Source of the DNA: Mobula hypostoma
Lineage: Eukaryota
Reading direction: 5' to 3'
DNA: 64,000 nt
Assembly: GCF_963921235.1 (NCBI RefSeq)
Contig: NC_086118.1
Coordinates: forward strand, 21,020,001-21,084,000
Of the stretch, positions 37,401 to 49,379 are shown piece after piece (the first letter of the stretch is position 1; each line of letters starts with the position of its first letter). Position numbers and translations under genes: made by a program. Under the pieces are notes generated by a model. That model had not been told where the DNA came from. It saw only the letters and a list, made by a program, of their open reading frames with translations, and made no database searches.

Positions 37401-38380
37401 TCTTAGCTTTCTGCATAGCTCTCTAAATTCTCTCTTCATGACCTCTTTGCTTTTCCTTCCTATGTCATTGGTAGTAAGACATCTGGCTGCTCTCCCTCCC
37501 ACTCCAAAATGCTGTGGATGCAATTTTAGACATCCCTGAGTCTGGCACCTGGGAGGTAACATACCATTCGGGTGTCCCGTTCACATCCACAGAATCTCCT
37601 GTCTATTCCTCTGGCTATTGAGTCCCCTATTACTACCACTGATTTCTTCTCTCTCTTTCCCTTCTGCACTACGGACCCATGCACAGTGCCTGTAACCCGG
37701 TCGCCATGGCATTTTCCCAGGAGGTCATAACCCACAAAAATATCCAAAGTGGTATACCTATTATTGAGGGGAATGGCCACAGGGGTGCTCTGTGCTGCCT
37801 ATTTGCATTTTCATTTTTCCTGACAGTCACCCAGCTACTCGCCTCTTGCCACTTAGGAGTGACTACTTCCCGGTAACTCTAATCGATTAACTCCTCACTC
37901 TCCTGTACAAGCCGAAGGTCATCCAGCTGCTGCTCCAGATCCCTAACACGGTCTTCAAGGAGCTGCAGCTGGATGCACTTCATGCAGATATAGTTCCCTG
38001 CGAGACTCTGGGTCTCCCAAGACTCCAACTTCCAGCATGAAGAGCACATACAACAGCCATTTACTACACTAGGTACAGTAAGAGGAAAGAGGGAAAAAAA
38101 GGTAACCGTAACAAAAACTTACCCAGAGCCAAAGCTTCTTTAGAGCCGAAGCCTGCTTTGAGGCTAAGCCTGATGTTCCTACTCTCACCACGGCCTACTC
38201 CCAACAATGGCTGCCCAGCTTGTCCCTTCTGCAATCTATTGAATTCGCTGCACTCTGCTCCCACCGCTGATTGGGTCACCGGAATGAGCCTGAATGCCAG
38301 TGAAGTTCACCTTTTAAACATACGTTGCTGACCTGAGAGAAACCTCCTCGCTGTGTTCTGCTCCCAACGCTGATTGTCCT
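34485..38380 (-). mobile_element. Near full-length degraded CR1 LINE (ORF1 SGNH esterase plus ORF2 EN-RT)
   Basis: ORF1: VVIGDSIARGIDRRFCG..VCYLPGAR. EN: YVVVAITESWL. RT C-terminus: FFSQRVVNLWNLLP. Many deletions. Confidence 0.88.
36962..37180 (+). mobile_element. tRNA-derived SINE inserted in CR1
   Basis: A-box-like TGGCATGGTAG, B-box GAGTTCGAATCC, then GGCAATGGCAAACCACTG (RTE-type segment). It interrupts the CR1 near the ORF1/ORF2 junction. Confidence 0.7.
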
Positions 38381-38654
38381 TACACTAACACTGGTCTTCC
38401 AGTTACCATCTCCAAGCTTCTCACTTTATTCCCCCCCCCCTCACTCACCCACCTACCCACCCCACGTGGTGCCGCCTATCACCAACCAGCTTGTACGCCT
38501 TCTCCTCCCTCGACCTTTTATTCTGGCTTCTTCCCCCTTCCTTTCCAGTCCTGGTGAAAAGTCCTGACACATTAACTGTTTATTCCCCCCACAGATGATG
38601 CTTGATCTGCTGAGTTCCTTCAGAATTTAGTGTATATTGATTGAAATATTATTT

Positions 38655-39792
38655 GAGAGTTCACGTTCAAGTTCAATTGTCATTCAACTCTACCGGTCAG
38701 TGAAACAACATTCCTCTGGGACCCAAGGTGCAAAACACGGTATATACAGTCACACACAGCACAAATAGTTACGACAGTCACACACAGCATACATAGTTAC
38801 GACAGTCACATACAGCACAGTTACGACAGTCACACACAGCATACATAGTTACGACAGTCACATACAGCACAGTTACGACAGTCACACACAGCATACATAG
38901 TTATGACAGTCACACACAGCACAAATAGTTACGACAGTCACACACAGCATACATAGTTACGACAGTCACACACAGCACAGTTACGACAGTCACACACAGC
39001 ATACATAGTTATGACAGTCACACACAGCACAAATAGTTACGACAGTCACACACAGCATACATAGTTACGACAGTCACACACAGCACAAATAGTTACGACA
39101 GTCACACACAGCACACAGTTACGACAGTCACACACAGCACAAATAGTTACGACAGTCACACACAGCACACATAGTTACGACAGTCACACACAGCACACAT
39201 AGTTATGGTAGTCACACCCAGCACACATAGTTACGGTAGTCAAACACAGCACACATAGTTACGATTGCACATGCAGTCAGAAAATAACATTAGCAAGCCC
39301 GGAGTGGCATGGCATGAAGATTGATGGTGCAAGGGATGTTGCCCTGGAGCCATGTTTCTGCAAGAACAAGCATGCAGCAGCTCCTCATCTCACACTGGGT
39401 CAGCAGCAGACAAAGGCAAATTGGCTCGTCTCGTGCTGGATCAGCCACATATGAAAGCAATCTAACTTGTCTTCCATGGAGGCGAACTTTTGCAAGAGTA
39501 GCACTGAAGGGAGCGCTGGCCTGCTGGGGCCAGTGCCCAACCCACTCTGTCTCTGTTCTCTTCCACACCTGGGGTGGCTGTAACAGGCGAAGCCACAACT
39601 TGAAGGCACAGCCCACGCAACTTCCAAGGCCATGCAACTCCCCCACCACTGGTCTCACCAATAAACCAGCCTGGCAGTATATTGCATTACCAATGTCCAT
39701 CAGGGTGTTGCGATCAAAGAAAAATGTTTAAAACAAATATTTGCACCATTTGTTGGAGCGGCTGCTGCAACCAAGCATGCCACCATCTTACT
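38655..39792 (-). mobile_element. Internally deleted Rex1/L2-type LINE (5' end, EN start and 3' tail)
   Basis: The minus strand begins AAGATGGTGGC, encodes RPALPSVLL..EMRSCCMLVLAETWL (APE N-terminus), then jumps to AATGACAAT..(TGAACT)n tail. Confidence 0.7.
38744..39262. repeat. Minisatellite of ~19 units, 28 bp (ACAGTCACACACAGCA(C/T)A(A/C)ATAGTTACG) with 24-bp variants
   Basis: Directly visible tandem array with no unique spacers. Confidence 0.95.
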
Positions 39793-40333
39793 GGGTGAAG
39801 CGCGAAAATGCTGCTGAGAGCAAATGTGGCATTGGGGCAGATCTTCTTCAGACTGGCACATTGCCTGAGCGAGGCATTAGCTCTGCATGTCTTCAGGAAG
39901 CTTCATCTAAGGGGTGGTGGATTCCAGCCCATCAGAGAGCTATTATTATGAGTGTCCAGCTGCAGCCCTGAATGTCATTGAGAGATGGTGAGACCTTGGT
40001 ACCAGGTTCATCAGCTGTCAGATTAATATGAATTACAAAAATATCAAAAAATCTGAAACTATAATTAGCTGAATATTATTTGAACAAAAACCCTTGCCAT
40101 TATTTGACTTTTGATTGTAGTTTAGTGGTCTTCTTCAAATGAATGGGGACATCTTTGGTGGAGAGAATCTGAGGGGCCAGGTAAGAACTGTGTCATCCGC
40201 TTGCTCTCAGACACGCCCGGATTCGGTCGTGGGCTGAAGGATGGAATGGGAAGATGGATACACGAGCATCTAATCTCCAACACGTTCGGAGCTTTGACAA
40301 TGCAGTTTGCAAGTCTGAACTACGTGCGCATGC

Positions 40334-40334
40334 A

Positions 40335-40370
<36 letters not shown>
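40334..40370. repeat. (CT)n(CA)n compound microsatellite
   Basis: Directly visible. Confidence 0.9.
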
Positions 40371-41109
40371 TCAACCAAACAGAGAGCAATTCCTTATGGA
40401 GCAGCAGCTCGCTTTTAGCACAATCCGGTCTAATCACCCTGACTGTAATATTTTGCACAGCAGGAGCCTGAAGGCTCAACATGTGTGAGGGTCAAGTGCC
40501 TGGCAAGTAAAACACACAATCTCTTTTGTGGTGTGTGTGTGATATATATTGTGATTAATACATTTATGAAGATATTATGGCCTAGATGTTTGTCAATTCT
40601 TGCAGCCACACACCACCCACTCCCATGCTCAAACTCTGGGAATTGCCTTGAGGCCACAATCATCAGGGCAAGCAGCCAAAGATTTATCTCATTAAATTAG
40701 GTATGCTGATTGCTAAGCACTGATAGGCGCCAGCAGCTCATCAAGATAAGACTGAACTTCAGGCAGGCCTTAGGCCTTTATAGCTTGGCCGAAATCAATT
40801 AAACCCTTTTGGTGAAAGGGCCCACGGCGGGCTCAGACTTCGTAACATTACAGAGGCTAAAGGTGAGCTCGAAGCAGCAAGCAGTTTTTGTCACATTTAT
40901 GGTCTACTGTGGAATGCAGCAGCCAGTTAAGTGAATTTAATAAACTGTAGATTGTACGATTTATTTATTCCCTCTGAGGTCAATCATATCTATTTACCGA
41001 ATCAGATTTACTATCACTGGCATATGTTATGAAATTTGTTGTTTTGCAGCAGCAGTACAATGCAATACACACTGATAAAAAAGAACTACAAATTACAATC
41101 AGAATATAC

Positions 41110-42461
41110 AAGTCAGTATTTAGTAGATGCACCTTTGGCAGTAATTACTGCCTTGAGTCTGTGTGGATAGGTCTCTATCAGCTTTGCACATCTGGACACA
41201 ACAATTTTCCCCCATTCTTCTTTACAAAACTGCTCAAGCTCTGTCAGATTGCATGGGGATCGTCAGTGAACAATTTTCAAGCCCAGCCATAAATTCTCAA
41301 TTGGATTAAGGTCTGGACTCTGACTTGGCCATTCCAGGACATTAACTTTGCTGTTTTTAAGCCATTCCTGTGTAGCTTTGGCTTTATGCTTGGGGTCATT
41401 GTGTTGCTGGAAAACAAATCTCTCAAGTTACAGTTCTCTTGCAGACTGCATCTGGTTTTCCTCCAGGATTTCCCTGTATTTTGCTGCATTCATTTTACCC
41501 TCTACCTTCACAAGCCTTCCAGGGTCTGCTGCAGTGAACCATCCCCACAGCATAATGCAGCTGCCACCATGCTTCACGGTAGGGATGGTGTGTTTTTGAT
41601 GAAATGCAGTGTTTGGCTTATGCTAAACATAGTGTTTAGTTTGATGGCCAAAAGCTCAATTTTGGTTTCATCAGACCATAGAATCTTCTTCTAGCTGACT
41701 TCAGAGTCCCCCATATGTCTTCTGGCAAACTCTAGCCGAGGTTTCATAAGGATTTTTTTTCCCAACAATGAATTTCTCTTTGCCACACTCCCACAAAGCT
41801 GCAATTGGTGAAGCTTGTAGCTCCTCCAGAGTTGTCATAGGTCTGTTGGTGGCCTCCCTTACTAGAGCCCTTCTCGCACGGTCACTCAGTTTTTGAGGAT
41901 GACCTGCTCAAGGTAGATTTACAGCTGTGCCATATTCTTTCCATTTCTTGATGATTGACTTAACTGTACTCCAAGTCAGTGACTTGGAAATGTTCATGTA
42001 TCCATCTCTTGACTTGCGCTTTTCAATAACATTTCACAGAGATGCTTGGAGTGTTCTTTTGTCTTTACAGTATAGTTTTTGCCAGGATACTGACTCACCA
42101 GCAGTTAACCCTTTTTACAGAAGGTGTATTTTTACCACAATTAATTGAAACACCATGACTGCACACAGGTGATCTCCATTTAACTAATTATGTGATTTCT
42201 AAAACCAATTGGCTGGACCAGTGATCATTTATGTGTCATATTAAAGGGGTGTGAAGACTTGTGCAATCAATTATTTTGTGTTCTATATTTGTAATTAACT
42301 TCGATCACTTTGTAGAGGTCTGTTTTCACATTGATACATTGTCTTTTTCTGTTGATCAGTGGCAAAAAAGCCAAATTTAATCCACTGTGATTCAATGTTG
42401 TAAAACAATATAAAATGAAAACTTCCAAGGGAGGGGGGGTGAATACTTTTTATAAGCACTA
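41110..42461 (-). mobile_element. Tc1-like DNA transposon remnant with degraded transposase
   Basis: The minus strand has [34 protein letters not shown] and KILWSDETKIELL. IR/DR-type end GGGGGTGAATACTTTTTATAAGCACTAT. Confidence 0.85.
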
Positions 42462-42549
42462 TATATAGAATTAAATTAAATAAGTAATGCAAGAAAGAAA
42501 GAAAAAAATAGAAGAAAAATCATGACCTAGAGTACATGGGTTCATTATC

Positions 42550-42910
42550 TATTCAGAAATCTGATAGCCAAGGGGAAGAAAGCTGCTCCTAAAACACTGA
42601 GTTTGTGTCTTCAGCTCTGGCACCTCCTCCTTGATGGTAGGAATGGGAAGAGGGCATGTTCTGGGTGACAGGGGTCTTTAATGATGGATGCTGCCTTTTT
42701 GAAGCATCATCTTTTGAAGGTGCCCATGATGGAGCTGGTGGAATTTGCAACTTACTGCAGCTTTCTCCGATCTTGTACAGTGGCCCCTCCATACCAGACG
42801 GTGATGCAACCAGTCAGAATGCTCTCCATGGTACATCTGTAGAAATTTGCTAGAGTCTTCGGTGACGTACCAAGTATCCTCAAACTCCCAATTAAATATA
42901 GCCCCGGCTG
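42550..42910 (-). mobile_element. Rex1-like LINE 3' fragment
   Basis: LANFYRCTMESILTGCITVWYG and AASIIKDPCHPEHALF. Confidence 0.75.
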
Positions 42911-43027
42911 TGCCAACAGCCTACCTGCATAGGACTCACTATGTCTCGGTCTGAAACATTGACTGTTTATTCCTCTCCACAGATGTGCCTGGCTTGCTGA
43001 ATTCCTCCAGCATTTTTGTGTGATCAC

Positions 43028-44560
43028 ATTAACGACTCGGATGAGAATTTAGGTGCCATGCTCAGTAGGCTTACAGATAATACCAAAACTGATAGTGTTG
43101 TGGACAATGAAGAAGATTGCTTAAGTTTACAACTGGATCTAGACCAACTGGAAAAGTGGACAAAGAAATTGCAGATAGAAGATGGCAGTGTGACGCAGCG
43201 CACGTAGCCTCTCCGGTGAAATGATATCGTATTTGTTAAATAGGGGCCACAATCAATTCTGATTTGATGAAGACAGCCGCGAGAAGCATGGAGGAACATC
43301 AGGAGAAACTTCTGAAATGCCCGATTCACTGCTGCTGCTACTGTGTGATCGAGAATCTCTGGAGGGAAGCCCCCAAAATCCTCGGCTTTGCCTGCTGCTG
43401 GCGACCGGGGCTGGGGTCGAAGCGTTCGGCAGAGATGGTGCTCGGTGCCCCGTGTCGGAGCTTGAAGTTTTCAGATGACTCAGAGTCGGACTGTGGTCGG
43501 GTATGGCAGGGAGAGTTTTCTTCCTTCTCCCATCTGTGTGAGATGTGGGACTTAGAATTTTTTACCATGCTCATGGCCTGTTCTTCATCAAGTTACGGTA
43601 TTGCTTGCACTGCTGTAACTATATGTTATAATTATGTGGTTTTTGTCAATTTTTCAGTCTTGGTCTGTCCTGTGTTTCTGTGATATCACACCGGAGGAAT
43701 ATTGTATCATTTCTTAATGCATGCATTACTAAATGACAATAAAAGAGGACTGCGTGTCCTCATAATCTAATCTAATCTAGAATTTAACTCAGAGAAGTGC
43801 AAACTGGTGCACTTTTGGAAGTTAAACCAGGGCAGCATATACATAGTGAATGGCGGAGCCCTGGGAAACGTACAACAGAGAGACATCGAGTACATAATTC
43901 CATGAAAGTGGTGATGGGTAGACAAGAGGGTGAATAAGGCATGTGCCACATTTGCCTTCATTGGATGGGGCACTGAGTACACGAGTTGAGAGGTCATATT
44001 ACAGCTGTACAGGACGTTGGTGAGATCAACCAGAAATATTGCATGCAGTTCTACAGACCACACTACAGGAAGGATATGATTAAGCTGGAAGAGGCTGCAA
44101 AAATGTTCCACAGGATGTTGCTGGGACTGGCGGGCTTGACATAAGGACATACCAGATAGGGAACTGTTTTCCCCTGCATGAAGGAGGCTGAGGGGTAACC
44201 TTATAGAGGCTTATAAAATCTTAAATAAAGCTGACGGTGATAGCTTTCTTTTACCCTAGAGTAGGGTAGTCTAAAACTAGAGGCATGGGCCTAAAAGTGA
44301 GAGGGGAAAGATTTAAAGGGGACGTGAGGGGCAAGATTTTCACACCTTAGATACAGATATGGAAAGAGCTGCCAGTGTAAGTGGTAGAGGCAAGTACAAT
44401 TACACCATTTAAAAGCCATCTTGACAGGGGGATAGGAAAGGTTCACATGGATAGGGACCAAATGCAGACAAGTACAATCAGCTCAGAAGGGCGCCCTGGT
44501 CAGCATCAACAAGTTAGGCTGAAGGGCCTATTTCTGTGCTGTATGAATCTAAAACTCTAT
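43028..44560 (+). mobile_element. Degraded CR1 RT 3' half, interrupted by a SINE-like insertion
   Basis: LQLDLDQLEKW..QIE|FN..KC resumes after 43782; GGCTGAAGGGCCT 3' hairpin. Confidence 0.8.
43181..43777 (+). mobile_element. Non-autonomous LINE-derived (SINE-like) family, copy 2
   Basis: Starts (AA)GATGGCAG and ends (TCTAA)n. Apparent TAGAA TSD at 43176-43180 and 43778-43782. Confidence 0.85.
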
Positions 44561-44715
44561 ATATATGAAGGAAGGGGCATTGGGCTCAACCTGGAAAGCA
44601 GGCCGATGCCAGTTTGAGCATCAGTTAAAGGAACAGGGCTCAGCCAAGCTGATGTTGGGGTGTCTGCCAGAGAGACAACTACTGATTCCACTCCAATAGG
44701 CCAAGTGTCCCTTCA

Positions 44716-46850
44716 GGTTGTTCTCCGGCAAAGGTGTGATCGGTAGGTGGGAAGCCTTCAAAGGAGAAATTTTGAGAGTGCAGAGTTTGTATGTTCCTGT
44801 CAGGGTTAAAGGCAAGGTGAATAGGAATAAGGAACCTTGGTTCTCAAGGGATATTGCAACTCTGATAAAGAAGAAGAGGGAGTTGTATAGGAAACGGGGA
44901 GTAAATAAGGTGCTTGAGGAGTATAAGAAGTGCAAGAAAATACTTAAGAAAGAAATCAGGAGGACTAAAAGAAGACATGAGGTTGCCTTGGCAGTCAACG
45001 TTAAGGATAATCCAAAGAGCTTTTACAGGTATATTAAGAGCAAAAGGATTGTAAGGGATAAAATTGGTCCTCTTGAAGATCAGAGTGGTCGGCTATGTGT
45101 GGAACCAAAGGAAATGGGGGAGATCTTAAATAGGTTTTTCGCGTCTGTATTTACTAAGGAAACTGGCATGAAGTCTATGGAGTTAAGGGAAACAAGTAGT
45201 GAGATCATGGAAAATGTACAGATTGAAAAGGAGGAGGTGCTTGCTGTCTTGAGGAAAATTAAAGTGGATAAATCCCCGGGACCTGACAGAGTGTGCCCTT
45301 GGACCTTAAAGGAGACTAGTGTTGAAATTGCAGGGGCCCTGGCAGAAATATTTAAAATGTCGCTGTCTACAGGTGAGGTGCCGGAGGATAGGAGAGTGGC
45401 TCATGTTGTTCCGTTGTTTAAAAACGGATCGAAAAGTAACCCGGGAAATTATAGGCCGGTAAGTTTAACGTCAGTAGTAGGTAAGTTATTGGAGGGAGTA
45501 CTAAGAGACAGAATCTACAAGCATTTGGATAGACAGGGACTTATTCGGGAGAGTCAACATGGCTTTGTGCGTGGTAGGTCATGTTTGACCAATCTATTGG
45601 AGTTTTTCGACAAGGTTATCAGGAAAGTGGATGAAGGGAAGGCAGTGGATATTGTCTACATGGACTTCAGTAAGGCCTTTGACAAGGTCCTGCATGGGAG
45701 GTTAGTTAGGAAAATTCAGTCGCTAGGTATACATGGAGAGGTGGTAAATCGGTTTAGACATTGGCTCAATGGTAGAAGCCAAAGAGTGGTAGCAGAGAAT
45801 TGCTTCTCTGAGTGGAGGCCTGTGACTAGTGGTGTGCCACAGAAATCAGTGCTGGGTCCATTGTTATTTGTCATCTATATCAATGATCTGGATGATAATG
45901 TGGTAAATTGGATCAGTAAATTTGCTGATGATACAAAGATTGAAGGTGTAGTAGACAGTGAGGAAGGTTTTCAGAGCCTGCAGAGGGACTTGGACCAGCT
46001 GGAAAAATGGGCTGAAAAATGGCAGATGGAGTTTAATACAGACAAGTTTGAGGTATTGCACGTTGGAAGGACAAACCAAGGTAGAACATACAGGGTTAAT
46101 GGTAAGGCACTGAGGAGTGCAGTAGAACAGAGGGATCTGGGAATACAGATACAAAATTCCCTAAAAGTGGCGTCACAGGTAGATAGGGTCGTAAAGAGAG
46201 CTTTTGGCACATTGGCCTTTATTAATCAAAGTATTGCGTGTAAGAGCTGGAATGTTATGATGAGGTTGTATAAGGCACTGGTGAGGCCGAATCTGGAGTA
46301 TTGTGTTCAGTTTTGGTCACCAAATTACAGGAAAGATATAAATAAGGTTGAAAGAGTACAGAGAAGGTTTACAAGGATGTTGCTGGGACTTGAGAAACTC
46401 AGTTACAGAGAAAGGTTGAATAGGTTAGGACTTTATTCCCTAGAGCGTAGAAGAATGAGGGGAGATTTGATAGAGGTATATAAAATTATGATGGGTATAG
46501 ATAGAGTGAATGCAAGCAGGGTTTTTCCACTGAGGCAAGGGGAGAAAAAAACCAGAGGACATGGATTAAGGGTGAGGGGGGAAAAGTTTAAAGGGAACAT
46601 TAGAGGGGGCTTCTTCACACAGAGAGTGGTGGGAGTATGGAATGAGCTGCCAGACGAGGTGGTAAATGCAGGTTCTTTTTTAACATTTAAGAATAAATTG
46701 GACAGATACATGGATGGGAGGTGTATGGAGGGATATGGTCCGTGTGCAGGCCAGTAGGACGAGGCAGAAAATGGTTCAGCACAGCCAAGAAGGGCCAAAA
46801 GGCCTGTTTCTGTGCTGTAGTTTTTCTATGGTTTTTATGGTTCTATGGTT
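44716..46850 (+). mobile_element. Young 5'-truncated CR1 LINE
   Basis: Uninterrupted ORF, 3' hairpin GGGCCAAAAGGCCTG and (CTATGGTT)n tail. Confidence 0.95.
44718..46757 (+). CDS. CR1 ORF2 reverse transcriptase, 679 aa, lacking the endonuclease
   Basis: NYRPVSLTSVVGK, YMDFSKAFDKV, GVPQKSVLGP, KFADDTK, RRMRGDLIEVYK; no stops. Confidence 0.85.
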   Translation: MFSGKGVIGRWEAFKGEILRVQSLYVPVRVKGKVNRNKEPWFSRDIATLIKKKRELYRKRGVNKVLEEYKKCKKILKKEIRRTKRRHEVALAVNVKDNPKSFYRYIKSKRIVRDKIGPLEDQSGRLCVEPKEMGEILNRFFASVFTKETGMKSMELRETSSEIMENVQIEKEEVLAVLRKIKVDKSPGPDRVCPWTLKETSVEIAGALAEIFKMSLSTGEVPEDRRVAHVVPLFKNGSKSNPGNYRPVSLTSVVGKLLEGVLRDRIYKHLDRQGLIRESQHGFVRGRSCLTNLLEFFDKVIRKVDEGKAVDIVYMDFSKAFDKVLHGRLVRKIQSLGIHGEVVNRFRHWLNGRSQRVVAENCFSEWRPVTSGVPQKSVLGPLLFVIYINDLDDNVVNWISKFADDTKIEGVVDSEEGFQSLQRDLDQLEKWAEKWQMEFNTDKFEVLHVGRTNQGRTYRVNGKALRSAVEQRDLGIQIQNSLKVASQVDRVVKRAFGTLAFINQSIACKSWNVMMRLYKALVRPNLEYCVQFWSPNYRKDINKVERVQRRFTRMLLGLEKLSYRERLNRLGLYSLERRRMRGDLIEVYKIMMGIDRVNASRVFPLRQGEKKTRGHGLRVRGEKFKGNIRGGFFTQRVVGVWNELPDEVVNAGSFLTFKNKLDRYMDGRCMEGYGPCAGQ

Positions 46851-47544
46851 GCAAGTGAGCTAATCAAACTTTTGGGGGTGTTGGCGAAAGAGAAGTCTGC
46901 CCACTAAAATACTTGCCCTCGGCTCCCACCTTCCCTGCCCTTATGCGTAACTATGTATGTTATCAACCAGGTCAAGCTCTTACTCCAGCGAGAAGTAATC
47001 CTGTTCAGTTCATTGTTTGCATCAGTGGTTTCACTGTGATTTGTTGCTTTAAAAACAGCTACAAGCCAAAATAATTATGCAGGAAAACTGATGCTTTTCA
47101 GGTGACTCCCAAAATGTTGTTTGGTCACCTGTATCTCAGAAACCACTTTATGTATGACTCTTTGCATGGTGTGCATCTGACAGCCTCCCACACTACCCTG
47201 AAATGAACAGGTGTTGATCTACTATGCTGAGTCAATTGCTACATAATAATTTCCAGTCCTAAAATTGGACTTGTGCTAAACACAGGGATTGGCCAAGGAC
47301 ACGGCAGGAATCCTTTTGAATATCTCCAATACGTAGCTTCTCATTCAGTTTACAGTGCATTTGTGAACCAAAACATTTCATTACTCGATTGCCAGTGTAC
47401 ACTCAATATATTACATCAAAATAAATTACAAAAATGAACTGGTATTTGCATCCTATGGGTTTTAACACAATAGATGGGATTACTACAAGGTGCCTACTTG
47501 TTTGTAATCCTTTATGAACTAGATTTCAATATCTGTACCAAATG

Positions 47545-49375
47545 TCATGGAACAGTAAGGAGCAGGCCATTTGGCCAATAATGTTGCGCTGAACCAGCTA
47601 AAAAGCAAATTAAAAAATACCCAAACACTAATCCCTTCTATCTATACCATGTCGATATCATTCCATCCTGGGGAGAAGATGGCAGCGCGACGCAGCGCGC
47701 ACGGTCGCTCTGAAATGATATCGTATTTGTGAAGTAGGGGCTGTGCACAATCCTGATTTGATGGAGACAGACGTGAGAAGCACGGAGGAACATCTGGAGA
47801 AACTTCTGAAATGCCCGCTTCGCTGCTGCTGCTACTGTACAATTGAGAATCTCCGGAGGGGAAGGCCCCAAATCCTTGGCTTTGCCTATTGCCTGTTGCC
47901 GGGGCCGGGGTCGAAGCGTTCGGCAGAGATGGTGCTCGGTGCTTGGTGTCGGAGGACTGGTCAGAGGCTCGAAGTTTTCAGACAGACTCAAGAGTTGGCT
48001 GTGGTCAGGTGCTCCCAGGGTGCTGCATCGGCAAGTTTGCGGCGCTGGAGTTTCACGGCAGGGAGAGTTTTTTTTCTTCCTTCTACCATCTGCGTGAGAT
48101 GATGGGACTTTCGAGAGACTTCGAGACTTTTTTTTACCGTGCCCATGGTCTGTTCTTTATCAAATTATGGTATTGCTTTGCACTGTTGTAACTATATGTT
48201 ATAATTATGTGGTTTTTGTCAGTTTTTCAGTCTTGATTTGTCTTGCGTTTCTGTGATATCATTCTGGAGGAACATTGTATCATTTCTTAACGCATGCATT
48301 ACTAAATGACAATAAAAGAGGACTGCGTGTTCTCATAATCTAATCTAACCTAATCTTCCTTACAGCTATGTGCCTATCCAAACATCCCTTAAAAGTCTAT
48401 AATGTATTTGCCTCTACCACCATATCAGACAGTGCATTCCAGGCATCCACGACATCTGAGTAAAAATCTTACCCTCACATCCCCATTGAAGGTACCCCCT
48501 GTCACCTTCAATGCATGCCCTCTGGTATTAGATATTTCAATCCTGGGAAACAGATACTCCCTGTCCACTCTATCCATGCCTCTCATAATCTTATAACCCT
48601 CAATCAGATCTCTACTCAGCCTCCAGCACTCCAGAGAAAACAACCCAAGTTTATCCAGCCTCTCATAATAGCAAATGCCCTCTAAACCAGGCAGCATCAT
48701 GGTAAACCCCTTCTGCACCCTCTCCAAAGCCTCAACATCTTTCTATAGTGGGGTGATCAGAAATGCATGCAATATTCCAGATGTGGCGGAATCAGGGTTT
48801 TATAAAGTTGCAACATAACCTCTCGTCTTTTCAACTCAATGCCTGGACTAATAAAAGCAAGTATTCGATTAGCCTTCTCAACTACCTTATCGACTTGTGT
48901 AGCCTCTTTCAAGGAGCAATGAACTTGGATCCCAAGATCTCACCACTCAGCAACACTTACCTTCAATACCTCACATTTATCCATCTCCCATTTCTCTGCC
49001 TATATCTGCAAATGATCTATATTGCACTGTATTGTTTACCAGTCTTCTACAGTATCTACAACTCCACCAATCTTGGTATCGCCCGCAAACTTACTAACCC
49101 ACCTATCTACATTTCCATCCGGGTCATTTATATACATCACAAACTGCAAAGGTCCCAGCACAGATCCTTGCAGAACACCACTAATTACAGACCTCCAGCT
49201 TGAATGAATCCCTTCAACCATCACCCTCTGTCTCCTAGGCGCAAACCAGTTCTGAATCCAAACAGCCAAATTACTGCAGACCCCATGCATCTTCATTTTC
49301 TTCATTAGCCTCCCATGGAAGACTTTGTCAAGTGCCTGACTAAAATCCATGTAGACAACATCCCCTGCCCTACCT
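47545..49375 (-). mobile_element. Degraded CR1 RT 3' half, interrupted by a SINE-like insertion
   Basis: MDFSQALDKV, GVLQGSVLGP, KFAGDTK, RDLIEGYKIMRG. Confidence 0.85.
47674..48352 (+). mobile_element. Non-autonomous LINE-derived (SINE-like) family, copy 3 (longest)
   Basis: Starts AGAAGATGGCAGCGCG and ends (TCTAA)n. Has ~55 extra internal bp (~48010-48060) absent from copies 1 and 2. Confidence 0.85.
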
Positions 49376-49379
49376 TACA

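Noticed and set aside
38744..39262. CRISPR-like array
   Set aside because: The units are contiguous with no unique spacers, there are no cas genes, and the context is eukaryotic.
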